From NCBI GenBank assembly GCA_038087875.1, contig CM075988.1, positions 5,766,001 through 5,830,000 of the forward strand: a DNA stretch of 64,000 nt, written 5' to 3'. Shown here piece by piece: positions 50,736 through 64,000 of this stretch. The notes below the pieces were generated by a model. That model was not told where the DNA came from. It was given only the letters and a program-made list of their open reading frames with translations, and made no database searches. This stretch comes from Malacoraja senta (Eukaryota). Each line of letters opens with the position of its first letter. Within the stretch, counting starts at the first letter, position 1. The translations under genes and the position numbers were made by a program.

Positions 50736-53039
50736 GACATAGACCACGAGGGGATAACCAAGCAGTGTGCCCAGAGCACAGATCTCAGCCTGCTTGTTAA
50801 ACTTGTGGCAGTCATGTAGATTTGCAGACAGCTGGCTGGACTGTTCATCGAGGGTCGATTCCCAGTCATTAAGTTAATATCATATTGCAAAAAGTTAAGT
50901 GTCAGTTACGGAAACCATAAACCACCTGGTGTATGATAAAAGTTTGTGTAGGGTGGAACTGTAAATGCTGGTTTAAACCGAAGACACACAAAAGGCTAGA
51001 GTAACTCAGCATGTGAGGCAGCATTTCTGGAGAAAAGGAATAGGTGACATTTCGGGTCGAGACCCATAAAGTCACCTGGTTCACTGTCCCCCATTGGGTC
51101 TAGCCCTTTGTGAAACCCTCAGAACTTTTCAAGGCAAGAAAGCTGATACATCTGTGTCAGCGAGAATAAAAAGAGATATTGAGATGAACACTGCTGCTCT
51201 CGTCTGTAGCCTAGTAGATCACAGAGCATGTGCCCATCTTTTTTTAAAAGGGAATGAGAAATGATTGATTGAATTAAAGATTAAATGTTTAAAAGATACA
51301 GCATGGAAACAGGGCCTTTGGCCCACTGAGCCCGCACTCAACATCAATCAGCGTTCACATTAGTTCCATGTTATCCCACATTTGCATTCACTCTCTCACA
51401 CACTAGGGGCAATTCACATTGCAGGTGATCAAATACAATTTCAATAGTCACTACACGGTTATGCTTCGACTCTCAGGAATGAAGGTAGATTCAATGAAGT
51501 TACACATTTACAATCAGTTTATCTTTCAGATGGAAAATTGCACCTGCATTACATTGTTGAAACAGGCTAATTTCAAATTCACATAAAATGGCACGTGACA
51601 TCTCCTGCTCTCCTGTGACATCTAGTGTACTCACTCTCGTTGGTTAGCAAAAGTGCTGCTAAATAGCTTCTATTTTCACTTCCAAAATGGTTTCCTGAGG
51701 CCCCAGGCATTTAGAACCCTAATTTATTTATTTTCCTATGAATATTATAGACGCAGATAGTTTCCAATGGTCTTACCATAAGCCAGTGTTTGACCAATTC
51801 ACTTCAACCTGAACCTGCTGATTTTGTCTATGGAACTGGTGCACTACAATGCTTAGAAACAAAGAAGGGTCTCCACCTGAAACGTCACCCATTCCTTCTT
51901 TCCAAAGATGCTGCCTGTCTCGCTGAGTTACTCAAGCTTTTTGTGTCTATCTATGCTTAGAACTATATATTTTTTATTTTAGCTTTAGAAATACAGCATG
52001 GAAACGGGGCCTTTGCCTCACCGTATCCATGCCGACCATCGATCAGCCATACAATATTTCTATCCCACACACTAGGGACAATTTACAGAAGCTAATTAAC
52101 CAACAAATCTGCCTGCCTGGGAGGAAACCGGAGCACCCAGAGAAAACCCACGTGATCACAGGAAGAAGATACAAACGCTGTACAGACCGCTGTGCCACCC
52201 CTTAGAGGTACAGCATGGAAAAAGACCCTTTGGCCCACCAAGTCTGTGCTGACCAATGATCAGCCGTAACTCTGCATCTTCCTCTTCGCTCTACCCATTA
52301 TACGCGAGTTTGATTTGGTTGTATTCATGTATAATATTATCTGATCCGATTGGATAGCATGCAAAGCAAAGCTTTTCTCGGTACATGTGACAATAATAAA
52401 CTTAAACCTAGATTCCGACCATTGATTTCCTTGCTTTGTTTTAGCTCCCATAAAACATTGCCTGCAACACTTTAACTCCCCCTCTCATTCCCATACTGAC
52501 CTTTCTGTTCTGGGCCTCCTCCTCTGTCAAGCTTGAGGCCCAGCGCAAATTGCAGGACAACTCCTTATTTCACTTTGGGCAGCTTACGCCCCAGCGGTAT
52601 GAATATTGACTTCTCTAACTTCAAGTAACCATTGCTTTCCTACTCTCTCCATCCCTCCTCCTTCCTACTTCTCAAACCAGCCTGAATGTCCCCGATTAAA
52701 TGTTATCTCTGTATGCTTCGTTGTCATCTTCTCAGCTAACAATGATCCATTCTACATTCTCCTTGAACTTTATCCCCTTTGATATCTCGTTGTCACATCT
52801 TGCACTTCCTTATCTCTGTATCTCAGCTGAAGAATGGTCTCGACCCGAAACGTCACCCCTTCCTTGTATCCAGTGAGAAGGCAGGAGAATGGGATTGAGA
52901 TGGAAAATAGATCAGCCATGACTGAATGGCAGAGTAGACTCGACGGGACGAATAGCCTAATTCTGTTCCTCTGTCTTATAGTTGTCCCCTATTAAAGCAA
53001 TTAGGTTTCTGCATATTTCACGTCCTATATGGGGATGGA

Positions 53040-53045
53040 TTTATT
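53040..53045 (-). promoter_or_regulatory. Candidate FOXRED1 polyadenylation signal
   Basis: AATAAA on minus about 230 nt past the stop codon. Confidence 0.45.
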
Positions 53046-53276
53046 TCTTGAATCATTAGAATAAGCCTGGAGATGGCCCAAGCTTTCTTACTAGTGTTCA
53101 ACTCGTAAAACAATAAACCCTGTGAAATTCATTATAACATCAGTTCCAAAGCGTCAACCATCCATATTTCAAAGGTACATTATCGGCAACATTTATCGAT
53201 TTATGAAGAATTTTCAGCAAGATCATAAAGCACATTTTTCATGAAGTCTCACCACAGCAAACTGAATTTCACAAAA

Positions 53277-53531
53277 TCAGACAATATTTTTTTCCAGTAG
53301 TTTGGTGCCTTTGTAGAATCGAATGAAGTTAAATGCACTGAGGTCAAGGGTTTTGAATCTTCCATCCAGAATGAGCTCAGCCACGGCTCTGCCCACAGCC
53401 GGTGACTGCTGGAGGCCATGGCCACTGAAGCCAGTTGCAAAAAACATGTTGGTGACCAGTTGGTGAATACCAATGACCGCATTCTGATCAAAGGTGTTGT
53501 AATCATAGTAACCCGCCCAGGCACTTTTCAA
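53277..53531 (-). CDS. FOXRED1: FOXRED1 last coding exon
   Basis: [66 protein letters not shown]...E.NIV*; acceptor ccttctcag|. Confidence 0.95.
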   Translation of the reverse strand: MKSAWAGYYDYNTFDQNAVIGIHQLVTNMFFATGFSGHGLQQSPAVGRAVAELILDGRFKTLDLSAFNFIRFYKGTKLLEKNIV

Positions 53532-54910
53532 CTGAGAAGGGAAAGCAGTAGAGTAGAATGACAGAAACCATCTCTGGACCAATGACCATCTGCACATGTA
53601 TACATCCTCACAGAAATGTTGGAAGTGAACAAATGTTTAACCAAAGAGCAAACGTTTTACGGTTCTTTAGGAAGAGAGGACAGAGGAGAAAATATATGCC
53701 CAGTTATCAGTTATACTGTACGCAAACAAGCACTTCAGCACCCCATCTACATTTGGCCCATATCCCAGGAAACCTTTACTATCCATGTATCAGTCCAAGT
53801 GTCTTGTAAATCCTTTTATGGGATGAGTATGAGTACCTGCCTCAATTACCTCCTCTGGCAGACAAAATGTGTAGGAAGGAACTGCAGATGCCGGTTTACA
53901 CTGAAGATAGACACAAAATGCTGGAGTAACTCAGCGGGACAGGCAACATTTCTGGATAGAAGGAATGGGTAACGTTTCGGGTCGAGACGCTTCTTCAGAC
54001 TGGAATGAGTAATGTTTCGGGTCTCATCCTAAAATGTTACACATTCCTTCTATCCAGATGCTGCCTGTCCTGGTGAGTTACTCCAGCATTTTGTGTCTAC
54101 CTCCTCTGGCAATTTGTTTCATATGACCACTACCCTCTGTGTGAAAAATGTTACCCATCTCATAAACCCACGGAACTGGTTTTAATGCCCAGTTGTGTTC
54201 CAGATTACTACTCCCTGACCTCCTGAACATAGGCAGAAGTGGTGTGTGAGGATGCAGCATGATGAGCACAGCTCAGTCCATCATGGGCACAGTCCTCACT
54301 ACCATCGAGAGCGACTACATGAGGCACTGCTACAAAAAGGCAGCATCTATCACCAAGAATCCCTTCTATCCGGGCCATGCCCTCTTCTCACTGCTACTAT
54401 CGGACAAGAGCCTGAAGTCCCACACCATCAGTGCAGGAACAGCTACTTTCCACAACTATCAGTTCTTGAACCAACCTACACAACCCTAATCTTATCTCAT
54501 CAACAAAACACCGTGGACCACATCTTGCATTACCTTACACTTGTTTTCTGAATGTGTTTTGCACAAATGTCTTGTTTTTATTTTGGAGCCTTTCTCTTTT
54601 CACTGTCTTGCAAAGTTACTGTAATTTATGTTTGTGTGCCTGTGATGTGATGCGGCTGCAAACAAGATTTTCATTGTTCCTGTACCTAACCATACTTGTG
54701 CACATGACAATAAACTCGATTTCACATGCGATAATCCTTCTATTAAGTTATTTGCCAAGCATCAGCTGTTCAGTGGGCTTCTCATAATAAATAGTCAGAG
54801 GCGTGAGGTACAGAGGACAGCTTCAGAACCCATCCGAAAACCTCGAATGCTCCTAGAGACAGATGGATGAAGCAGCATCAATGTTCTTAAAAGATGTTAA
54901 GATAACTTAC

Positions 54911-55015
54911 CTTAAGGGACTGGAAGGCAGGCACTCTCTGAGCCAGTTTGGGCCATATCTGCTCATGGAAATATTCATAATTCACTTCCAGATTACTGGA
55001 GTCTGGCTCCTCTTC
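54911..55015 (-). CDS. FOXRED1: FOXRED1 coding exon (105 nt)
   Basis: EEEPDSSNLEVNYEYFHEQIWPKLAQRVPAFQSLK; tag| and |gtaagt. Confidence 0.93.
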
Positions 55016-56361
55016 CTATAAGAGCCAGGAACTGGAGTTACTGAGAGAAAGAGAGATGTATACCTGTTCAGCAAAAGCTGTTTCATTCCATGATAAGACC
55101 ATGTCATAGGAGCTGAATTTGGCCATTCGGCCCATCGAATCTGCTCCGCCATTTGATTATGGCTGAACTATATTTCCATTTTATGGCTGATCTATATTTC
55201 CTTTGTCCTGTAACCTTTTTGATAATAAAAGGCAAATTTAATTTTGTTGCAAAAGTCAGAGACGAGGGACTGAAATGCCAACGCTTCCCACATGCAGATT
55301 TAAACACAGCTCCTAAATGTTAAAGATATTTACAGGTGCGGTCTGTACGGAGTTTGTACGTTCTCCCCGTGACTCCGTGGGTTTTCTCCGAGATCTTCGG
55401 TTTCCACCCACACTCCAAAGACGTACAGGTTAATTGGCTTGGTAAATGTAAAAATTGTCCCTAGTGTGTAGGATAATGTTAATATGCGGGGATCGCTGGT
55501 CGGCGTGGATTCGGTGGGCTGATGAGCCTGTTTCCGCGCTGTATCTCTGAGTAAATCAAATTAATAAATTGCTTGAAAGGGTGATACAAGGTACTGATGG
55601 CCCTTCGTTAATCCCTTCTTGGTCTGTTAGGTAGCAGCTGAGGTTTGCCAAATAGCATGCTGTACCAGATAATTAAGTGAAGGTTGGTGATTGTTCAGCT
55701 GGTGCTTAGCAACTTCAAAAATGCTTGCTAAGCAAAAACCTGCTGGGATCCCCCACAGGATACACGGTGGTGACACGGTAGAGTTGCTGCCTTGCGGCAC
55801 CAGAGACCCGGGTTCGATCCTGACTACGGGTGCTTGTCTGTATGGAGTTTGTACGTTCTCCCCGTGGCCACGTGGGTTTTCTCTGGAATCTCCGGTTTCC
55901 ACCCACACTCCAAAGAGGTACAGGTTTGTAGTTTAATTGGCTTGGTATAATTGTAAATTGTCCCTAGTGTGTATGGGATAGCGTTATTGTGCGGGGATCG
56001 CTGGTCAGCGTGGACTCGGTGGACCAAAGGGCCTGTTTCCGCGCTGTATCGCTAAAACTAAGAACTAAAACCAAATAAGGGCCAGGACAGAGGGACATGC
56101 TCTTTCAAGGGGAATCTGCAGGCCTGTAGGATACAATGGTTTGCTTCTGTGCAGAATGGAGAGCTTGGAGGTAGGTGAGGAAATGCCGAGTTGCATCAAG
56201 TGGAAGATTGTACTCCACCATGGAAACATAGAGGCAGCTGGGAGTAAGGAGGAACCAAAAAAGAAACCCAAGATGGAGAAAAAAGTATTGTTCACATGAC
56301 AGAGTCAGCACATCCATTCTAGTCCACTCAACACACAACTCAAAGACATGGCAGTGCTTAC

Positions 56362-56491
56362 CTCAGCTGGCGACAGTCCTCCCAAATAGTTTCCACCCAA
56401 GCCTTCTCGACGGAAGTACATCCCAGTGTAGTCAATCAACATTGGACAATCCAATCCTGGACCATCTGGACTGTGGAAGACATAAACATAT
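56362..56491 (-). CDS. FOXRED1: FOXRED1 coding exon (130 nt)
   Basis: (R)[43 protein letters not shown]; cag| and |gtaagc. Confidence 0.93.
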
Positions 56492-57650
56492 CTGCAGAAG
56501 GGGGAGGAAATTCAAGAATTTTTGAAATCGGCCTAATAATCTCACAAACAATAAATCACCGCAACAATGACAACATTTACTGAAGATCACAGCATCGCCC
56601 AGAGTCCAAGTTAAATTAACTAATCAACCGCAACAGCAGTATAGTTGTTGCAATTGACTTTTCATTATTGAGCTGTCAAAGGGAGAAATGCCAGAGATCC
56701 TGCTGTCAGCTGTTGAATATCAACTCTTAGGGACAAGGAATTGCAGATGTTGGTTTATAAAAAATAAAAAATACAAAGTGCTGGAGTAACTTGGCAAGTC
56801 GAGTAACATCTCTGGAGAGCCTGGCCATCCATGTTCACCAGTGATGCTACCTGACACGCTGCGTTACTCTTGCATTTTGTGACCAACAACTCTTGCTGGT
56901 CACAAAGGTCAAAACAGAATTGGTCTTCATTACTACACCTTCTTCCGGCATGAGTCCATTGACTACACTAGTGTCGATTGCAGCCTGATGATGGCTTGTT
57001 GGTTTCCCAAGGATTTCTTCTCACTCCTTCATAAATCAGCTTTTCTATGTGCCACATAACTACATCAACAAAACTCAGGGAGGGGTCGACCCCGTTTCCT
57101 TGCCTATTTCCTTGAAGCAAAGATCAGACCATTATAACTAGGGTATTCAATGTGCTTCATGCATGACCTTAAACAGAGTAGTCCACCAGGTTTCACCAAA
57201 TAAACACAAAGTGCTGGAGTAACTCCGCGGGTCAGGCAGCATCTCTGGTGAAAAAGGATAGGTGACGTTTCTTGTCAGGACCCTTCTTCAGACTCAAACT
57301 CAGACTTGACAGAAAGAGGTGCTGATCAGAGGCAAGAGTGAGCAGGAGACCGGGCACTGATGTGCAGACATTTACAATGACACATAGGTGGACACAGGTG
57401 CAATACATCACCCATCCTTTTTCTCCAGAGATGCTGCTGACCTGCTGAGTTATTCCAGCATTTTGAGTCTTATCTTTGGTATAAACCAGCATCTGCAGTT
57501 CCTTGTTTCTACACCAATGAACTTCAGTTATAACCAATGTTGCAATTCCATTTTGTCAAGGAAAATTACCCACTGTTTGCTTCACTACAGATTCTAGGTG
57601 CCTTATGATTCAGTTCTCTATTTTGTCGCGTAGCTGCCACCGTTGCTCAC

Positions 57651-57811
57651 CTTTTTCTCGGTTCGACAGGGAGTTTTGTGCCTTCCAAAGTGCCTTCAGG
57701 TCCATTACCAATCCCGATCATCTCTGCTACTTTGCTTGACCATGCTCCAGCTGCATTGACCAACAATGCACATTTCACTGGCTGGCACTCGGCACTGTTT
57801 GGCATCTGTAC
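57651..57811 (-). CDS. FOXRED1: FOXRED1 coding exon (161 nt)
   Basis: [53 protein letters not shown](R); cag| and |gtgagc. Confidence 0.93.
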
Positions 57812-58679
57812 CTGTCAACCAGAAGGTAAGGCAAAGGTCAACAATTGATGCATTTCATCACTTAAACTGTCAAGCCCGATAGAAGGCCTTCAACCTGAAA
57901 CCTTCATCATTTTCAATTACAAAGCTTTGATCGAAACAGCATGGAAATAGGCCATTCTGCCCACACCGACCATCGATCAGACTAGTTCTATGTTATCCCA
58001 CATTCTCACCCACGCCCTACATGCTGGGAACAATTTACAGAGGCCAATTAATCTACAAACCTGCATGCACATGGAATGCGGGAGGAAACCGGACAACCTG
58101 GAGAAAACAGGGAGAACGTGCAAACTCCACACAGACAGGTCCCGAGATCAGAATCTCTTCTCAGTGAATTCCAGCATCTGCAGATCTTCTTTCCCAGTTA
58201 CCGATGTTCTACTCTCAGCAGAAAGGAGAATTCATTCTCCTTTCCAGAATGGTTTAGGGCAAATTGAATGTAAAGAAAGGTAAAGCCCACCTTCGTGAAT
58301 GTTTGCTGAATCAGCACTTATGACAAGATTGAGATATGAGGAAGAGTGGGTTAGTTCACCCAGCCCAGCTTAAGATCGAGGAAAATTTACGACACAGGAC
58401 GAGGTAAGTTGGTCCATTGTGTCCAGTCCATCTAGCCTATTGCCCCAGCATCAGGCCAATGGCCCAGCAGGTGACTGATGTTCAAGTACATATTAAATAT
58501 GAATGTTTCCACTGCCACCACCCTCTCAGGCAGTAGGTATTATACTCCTGACAGGGTGACTACCCTTATCTGCCCTAAAACTCCTGCATTATGACTTCTG
58601 ATTTGGCTCCTTCTCATTTACTCCATCTAGGGTCAACGAAGGTTAGCTCATCATTATCCTCGCAAGATCAATTAGAGTT

Positions 58680-59945
58680 GGGTAATAAATGCTTGCAGGG
58701 AGTTGCGGAAGGAACGTTCTCTGTGGAAGGCGGAAAGCGGTGGAGATGGGAAAATGTGGCTAGTGGTAGGATCTCGTTGGAGGTGACGGAAATTTCGGAG
58801 GATTATGTGACAGCTGATGGGGTGGAAGGTAAGGACTAGGGGGACTCTGTCCCTGTTGCGACTAGGGGGAGGGTGAGCAAGGGCTGAGCTGCGGGGTACA
58901 GAGGAGACATGAGTGAGGGCCGCATCTATGATGGGAGAACCTCTGTTCCCTAAAGAATAAGGACATCTCGGATGTTCTAGTATGAAACACCTCATCTTGG
59001 GCGCCGATGCGGTGTAAACGGAGAAATTGGTAGGGGATAGAGTCTTCGCATGAAGCAGGGTGGGAAGAAGTGTAGTTGAGATACAGTAGTTGTGGGAGTC
59101 AGTGGGTTTGTAATAGATGTCAGTCAATAGTCTATTTCCTGTGATGGAGACTGTGAGATCAAGAAAGGGGAGGGAGGTGTCTGAGATGGTCCAAGTAAAT
59201 TTGAGTGCAGGAAGAAAATTGGTGGTGATGTCGATGAAGTTCCTGAGTTCTGCATGGGTGCAGGAGGCAGCACCGATGTAGTCATCAATGTAACGGAGAT
59301 AGAGGTCGGGGACAGGGCCAGTGTTAGCCTGGAACAGGGATTGTTCATCGTACCCTACAAAGAGGCAGGCATAGCTGGGGTCCATAGCTACACCTTGGAC
59401 TTGGAGGAAGTGGGAGGAGTCAAATGAGAAGTTGTTGAGGGCGAGGACCAGCTCCACTAGGCGGAGTAGATTGTTAGTAGAGGGAAATTGGATGGTTTTG
59501 CAGTCGAGGAAGAAACGGAGGGCTTTAAGTCCTTCCTGGTGGGGGATGTAGGTGTAGATTGACTGAACGTCCATAGTAAAGATGAGGCAGTGGGGACTCG
59601 GAAAGCGGAAGTCACTAAACAGAAGGGCATGTGAGATATCTTGGACATAGGTCAGGAGAGATTGGACCAGGGGATAGGATGGAGTCGAGGTACGTGGAAA
59701 TCATTTCCATGGGACAGGAGCAGGCAGAAACAATGGGTCTGCCAGGGCAGTTGTGTTTATGGATTTTGGTAAAAAGAGAAGGTAAAAACAGGCTGTGCGG
59801 GGCTGGGAAACAATAAGGTTGGAGGCTGAGGAAGGCAGACAGCCAGAAGTGATGAAATCAGTAATGGTGTTCATACCAATGGGGTGTAAGCTGCCCAAAC
59901 AAAATATGAGGCGCTGTTCCTCCAATTTGCGCTGGGCCTCACTCT
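58680..59945 (-). mobile_element. Penelope-like element fragment (RT domain) in a FOXRED1 intron
   Basis: ORF 58672-59574: MDVQSIYT.IPH.EGL, NNFSF, QVQGVAM, YLRYIDD, LPFLDL, YYKPT, RVPLVLTFHP. Confidence 0.9.
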
Positions 59946-60184
59946 TAACTAATCAACTAACTAGCTAACTAGCTATGGTGTTAGACGAGGAAGACAGAGA
60001 ACATTATTCCCTTTGGTGGGAATAACCAATGGAAGGGGGTAAAATAAGATAGTCAGGAAAGAAAAAACAGGTAGATGCTTCCTTTGAAAAGGGTCAAGAT
60101 CAAGTCAACAGAAAACTTCAAACTAGTATCAATGAATTGTTATTGACCCAACACGTCAATTTTGTTTCTCTTTCTTTGTTTTCT

Positions 60185-60925
60185 AGTCGGTGGCCGATTA
60201 GGAAAAGGGGAGATGCAACGAGACCTGGGTGTCATGGTACACCAGTCATTGAAAGTAGGCATGCAGGTGCAGCAGGCAGTGAAGAAAGCGAATGGTATGT
60301 TAGCATTCATAGCAAAAGGATTTGAGTATAGGAGCAGGAAGGTTCTACTGCAGTTGTACAGGGTCTTGGTGAGACCACACCTGGAGTATTGCGTACAGTT
60401 TTGGTCTCCTAATCTGAGGAAAGACATTCTTGCCATAGAGGGAGTACAGAGAAGGTTCACCAGACTGATTCCTGGGATGGCAGGACTTTCATATGAAGAA
60501 AGACTGGATAGACTCAGCTTGTACTCGCTAGAATTTAGAAGATTGAGGGGGGATCTTATAGAAACTTACAAAATTCTTAAGGGGTTGGACAGGCTAGATG
60601 CAGGAAGATTGTTCCCGATGTTGGGGAAGTCCAGAACAAGGGGTCACAGTTTAAGGATAAGGGGGAAGTCTTTAGGACCGAGATGAGAAAAACATATTTC
60701 ACACAGAGAGTGGTGAATCTCTGGAATTCTCTGCCACAGAAGGTAGTTGAGGCAAGTTCATTGGCTATATTTAAGAGGGAGTTAGATGTGGCCCCTGTGG
60801 CTAAGGGGGTCAGGGGGTATGGAGAGAAGGCAGGTACGGGATATTGAGTTGGATGATCATAGGTGCAGGCTCGAAGGGCCGAATGGCCTACTCCTGCACC
60901 TATTTTCTATGTTTCTATGTTTCCA
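60185..60925 (+). mobile_element. CR1 3' fragment in a FOXRED1 intron
   Basis: ORF 60162-60686 RDLGV...LVRPHLEYCVQFWSP...LRGDLIE; (TTTCTATG)n tail. Confidence 0.92.
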
Positions 60926-61158
60926 AAGACACTCCATGACCTGCTGAATGTTTCAAATATTTATGTATTTATTACTGAAATGTTTTTTGGAGGTAAAGTG
61001 GTGTTAAAACAGTGAACAGCCATGATCTAACATAAAGGTTAAAAGGACTGCTTCAAAGGACAATACAAGTTACTTTAGTTTCTATAAAAAGTACTTCATG
61101 ATAGTAGGAACCAGGTGGAAACAGTGAGAGAAATCAAAGTATGAAATACTTCTCGTAC

Positions 61159-61235
61159 AATGGCGTGGTGAATTCTTTTCAGCGAGACTGTCGTGCCTTC
61201 ATCCGTCTCCATCTCTCTTGTAGAATGTTGAAAAC
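61159..61235 (-). CDS. FOXRED1: FOXRED1 coding exon (77 nt); upstream exons lie beyond the window
   Basis: (G)FQHSTREMETDEGTTVSLKRIHHAI aligns to human ...MLTTDDKAVVLKRIHEVH; tag| and |gtacga; phase joins the next exon. Confidence 0.8.
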
Positions 61236-62105
61236 CTAGCAGCATGTGGAAAATAAAAAAATGTCATTTGTCAGCTTATGGAGCAGCACCTCATTAAAAC
61301 AAGACTCTACAGTCTTCCCACAACAGCTGGAAAGAAAAGCAGTTTCCTAAACACAGAAATGGTTCCCACTGATCCAGTCGATCAGTCATGCTTAAAGCAA
61401 ACTGGTAAAAATACAGCAATTTGCTGCTCTGTGAGGTGTATAGGGAGTGAATTAGAAAGTCAGATAACATAGAACTAATGAGAACAGGTGATCGATGGTC
61501 AGCGTGGACTTGATGGGCCGAAGGGCTTATTTCCATGCTGTATCTCTAAACTAGATGCTAAAGTAAAAAAACAAATATTAACCAGTAAGCAGATTTCATT
61601 TGACTGTAAATGTGTATTACAAATTGCAACACAAAATAGCAAGAGAACGTGAAAAAATGCTTTTCCCCCTCAGAACCATAGATTATCAACGGCCACATTG
61701 AGAACAATTGTATTATATAACCAATGAAATCACAGAGAATTTACAACATAGGTGGCCATTCAGCCTTCTTGCCCATGTCGGCCAAAATTATCCCCCCAGC
61801 TCATCCCATCTCCAGCATCAGGTTTGTGGAAATATAGGCCAGGGTTCTTCACATACACATCCAAGTATTGTGTAAAGTTGAAGAGATTTTCTGCCTCCAC
61901 CACTGTCAACAATGAATACTAAACCTCGGTCACTCCCTCAAGGAAACGATTTTGCCTCTAAATTTTTTTTTTCTCCATTCCTTTAAATCTGAGCCCCTGG
62001 TCTTTGAGCAATGGAGGAAACAGGAAGGAGTTCATTCCCTCAAGGGTAGTAGCATATTTCTATTTACTGCATCTAGGCCCCACGATTTTATTAAGCTCAG
62101 TTTTA

Positions 62106-62747
62106 AGGGCCTGTCCCACTTGGGCCGTCACTTACGCGACAGGCCAGTAATGACGGTCACGTGACGGTCCCGCGAGTGTCGCACACATCATCATGCGTCC
62201 GCACAGCCGTCTGGAGCGCGTGACGTCATTTGAAGATATAGACACAAAATGCAGGAATAATTCAGCGGGACCGGCAGCATCTCTGGAGAGAAGGAATGGA
62301 TGATGTTTCGGGCCGAGACTCTTCTTCAGTCTGAAAGAAGGGTCTTGACCTGAAACGTCACCCATTGCTTCTCTCCAGAGATGCTGCCGGTCCCGCTGAG
62401 TTACTCCTGCATTTTGTGTCTATCTTCAATTTTCTTGGCCCCGCTCTGGGAGTAGGAGTGGGGGCGGATCCGGATCCGCAACAGCCGTGAGCCCCAGGCC
62501 GAGTTCGACGATCGTTTGCCTGCTTCTGCTGCTGTTGGAGGTGAGACGTGGCATCGCGCCAGGGTCTTGGGCCTGTCCCACTTTGGCCGACAGTTATGCG
62601 ACGGTAGCGCGTGAAGATTTTGTGCAGGACGAAGTCCACACTCCTCCACACCACTCCACAGTCCTCCATGCGCCCGTCCCCGCGCTACTCACACGATAGC
62701 AGGTCGCGTAAATGGCGCGCGAAAGACAGCCAAATGGGACAGGCCCT
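62106..62747. mobile_element. PIF/Harbinger-type MITE containing a palindromic Penelope-derived repeat (about 62231-62430)
   Basis: AGGGCCTGTCCCACTTGG...CCAAATGGGACAGGCCCT with TTA on both sides. Confidence 0.8.
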
Positions 62748-64000
62748 TTAGTCTCCCCTTGGCTTCTTTAATCTACTATAAAAGATATACCTAGTATACC
62801 TAATCTTTCCACTTAACTAAATGTTAATCTTGTAAATTCATGTCTCCTTTTCTTGGAATTATTCAAGCAGTGATCAAACTGTTACGGAGTTCTAGCATAA
62901 CTCCTATTCTATGCCTCGGCTAACAAAGGAATGCATTTCTAATGACATTTTAGCTTTGAGGATCTCTGCAGATACACTCCAAAGTCGACTGCATAGCTCC
63001 TGACCTCTCCACAAAATTGTAAAGATAGATGCTTTCTTCAGACGCCTCCCATAAAAACATTACATTTTCTGAGAATTGCCCAGGGTTAGCACTTTTGTTC
63101 AAAACTAGCTTTGTCCCCAACTTTCCCCACCTGCCTCCAAATTGTACTTAACTTACATTCTTACAGGTGCACATAATCAAGTGTCCCCAAGTGTCTTCTG
63201 TAAAATAAAGGTTACTATTTCCTCATAAGCCTTTAATTCTGCTTGAATGCCTTGGATGGTCCTATTCACTTGCTTTAACAAAGTAATGCAACATGTGGTT
63301 ATATAATATCTCTCTGCCGCACGTATTTTGTTAATAGTTAAATGTTGTAAGACAATGATCTGCAAGGGGAATTTGTCTGTCAGAGAAAAATATCTACAAT
63401 TTGCCTTGCACCTTATAACTGGGAGATAGAAGTAACTGAGGACTGAGTAATTGTATATTGAGTTTATTTAAAGTTTATTACATGGGCTTACGTTGCATGT
63501 ATTCTACAGTAGATATAGTAGGACAATTATGAAGCAACTAGGTGTTATTGACAGCTTTTATGGTCATTTCCTTTTGCAAAAAAAAAAAATGGGTAGCAAA
63601 AAGAAAAAAATGAATAGGTGGCAAATTTCCACAGGGAATAGGAGATAGAGTGGGCCATTCAGACGCAGGCCTGCTCCAGCATTAGTCAAGATCACGGCTG
63701 ATCTTCTACCTCAACACTAATGCCCATGACTGCTTGGAGACTGTAGGATTGTGCATAATACAATCAATTATGAGATTAGTAAAGGGAAAGAACATTATGG
63801 GATGTTTAGGGCTAGAAAAGGTTAATAGTACACTATATATCTGCCAAAGCATGATAGGACACTGTATTTAACGACTAGCTCATCTGTACTATATTGAATT
63901 TGCTGGGAAAGTTATGTGTTTATCATCAATCAAGTGCGTTTCACTTTTATGGAGGAGAAATGGAGTAGGGATGCAAAATCTAAAGTGCTTTAGGTACCAA

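Noticed and set aside
63157..63365. Exon-like stretch / 62-aa ORF in a FOXRED1 intron
   Set aside because: It does not encode the expected EGWFDPW-containing FOXRED1 exon, contains stops, and has no recognisable product.

Overview
This is repeat-rich vertebrate genomic DNA. The repeat landscape (CR1, Penelope, V-SINE-like, Rex1, Tx1) suggests a cartilaginous fish such as a skate or ray, which is an inference only. There is one 200-N gap at 11288-11487. Two host genes lie on the minus strand in the same order as in human: the last five coding exons of FOXRED1 (61235->53277) and TIRAP/Mal (three coding exons 30647->21485, 234 aa by my splice model). The most striking structure is a complete 2.56-kb proviral unit at 31728-34285 (minus). 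It has two LTRs, a 5-bp target-site duplication (CCTTC), an 18-nt tRNA-Ser primer-binding site, a polypurine tract and an env-TM-like remnant, but gag/pol are replaced by an intronless, decayed copy of the host spliceosomal gene SNRNP40. That is an LTR/retrovirus-mediated gene capture, sitting about 0.9 kb upstream of the TIRAP start-codon exon. Other observations: a tandem segmental duplication (34571-42655 / 42656-47506) with reciprocal filled and empty transposon sites, a fold-back THAP-bearing ISL2EU-like transposon, two related MITEs at the same 8-mer target, a strong-Kozak minimal uORF in the TIRAP leader, and many Penelope-derived hammerhead ribozyme motifs. All calls were made by eye without database searches.
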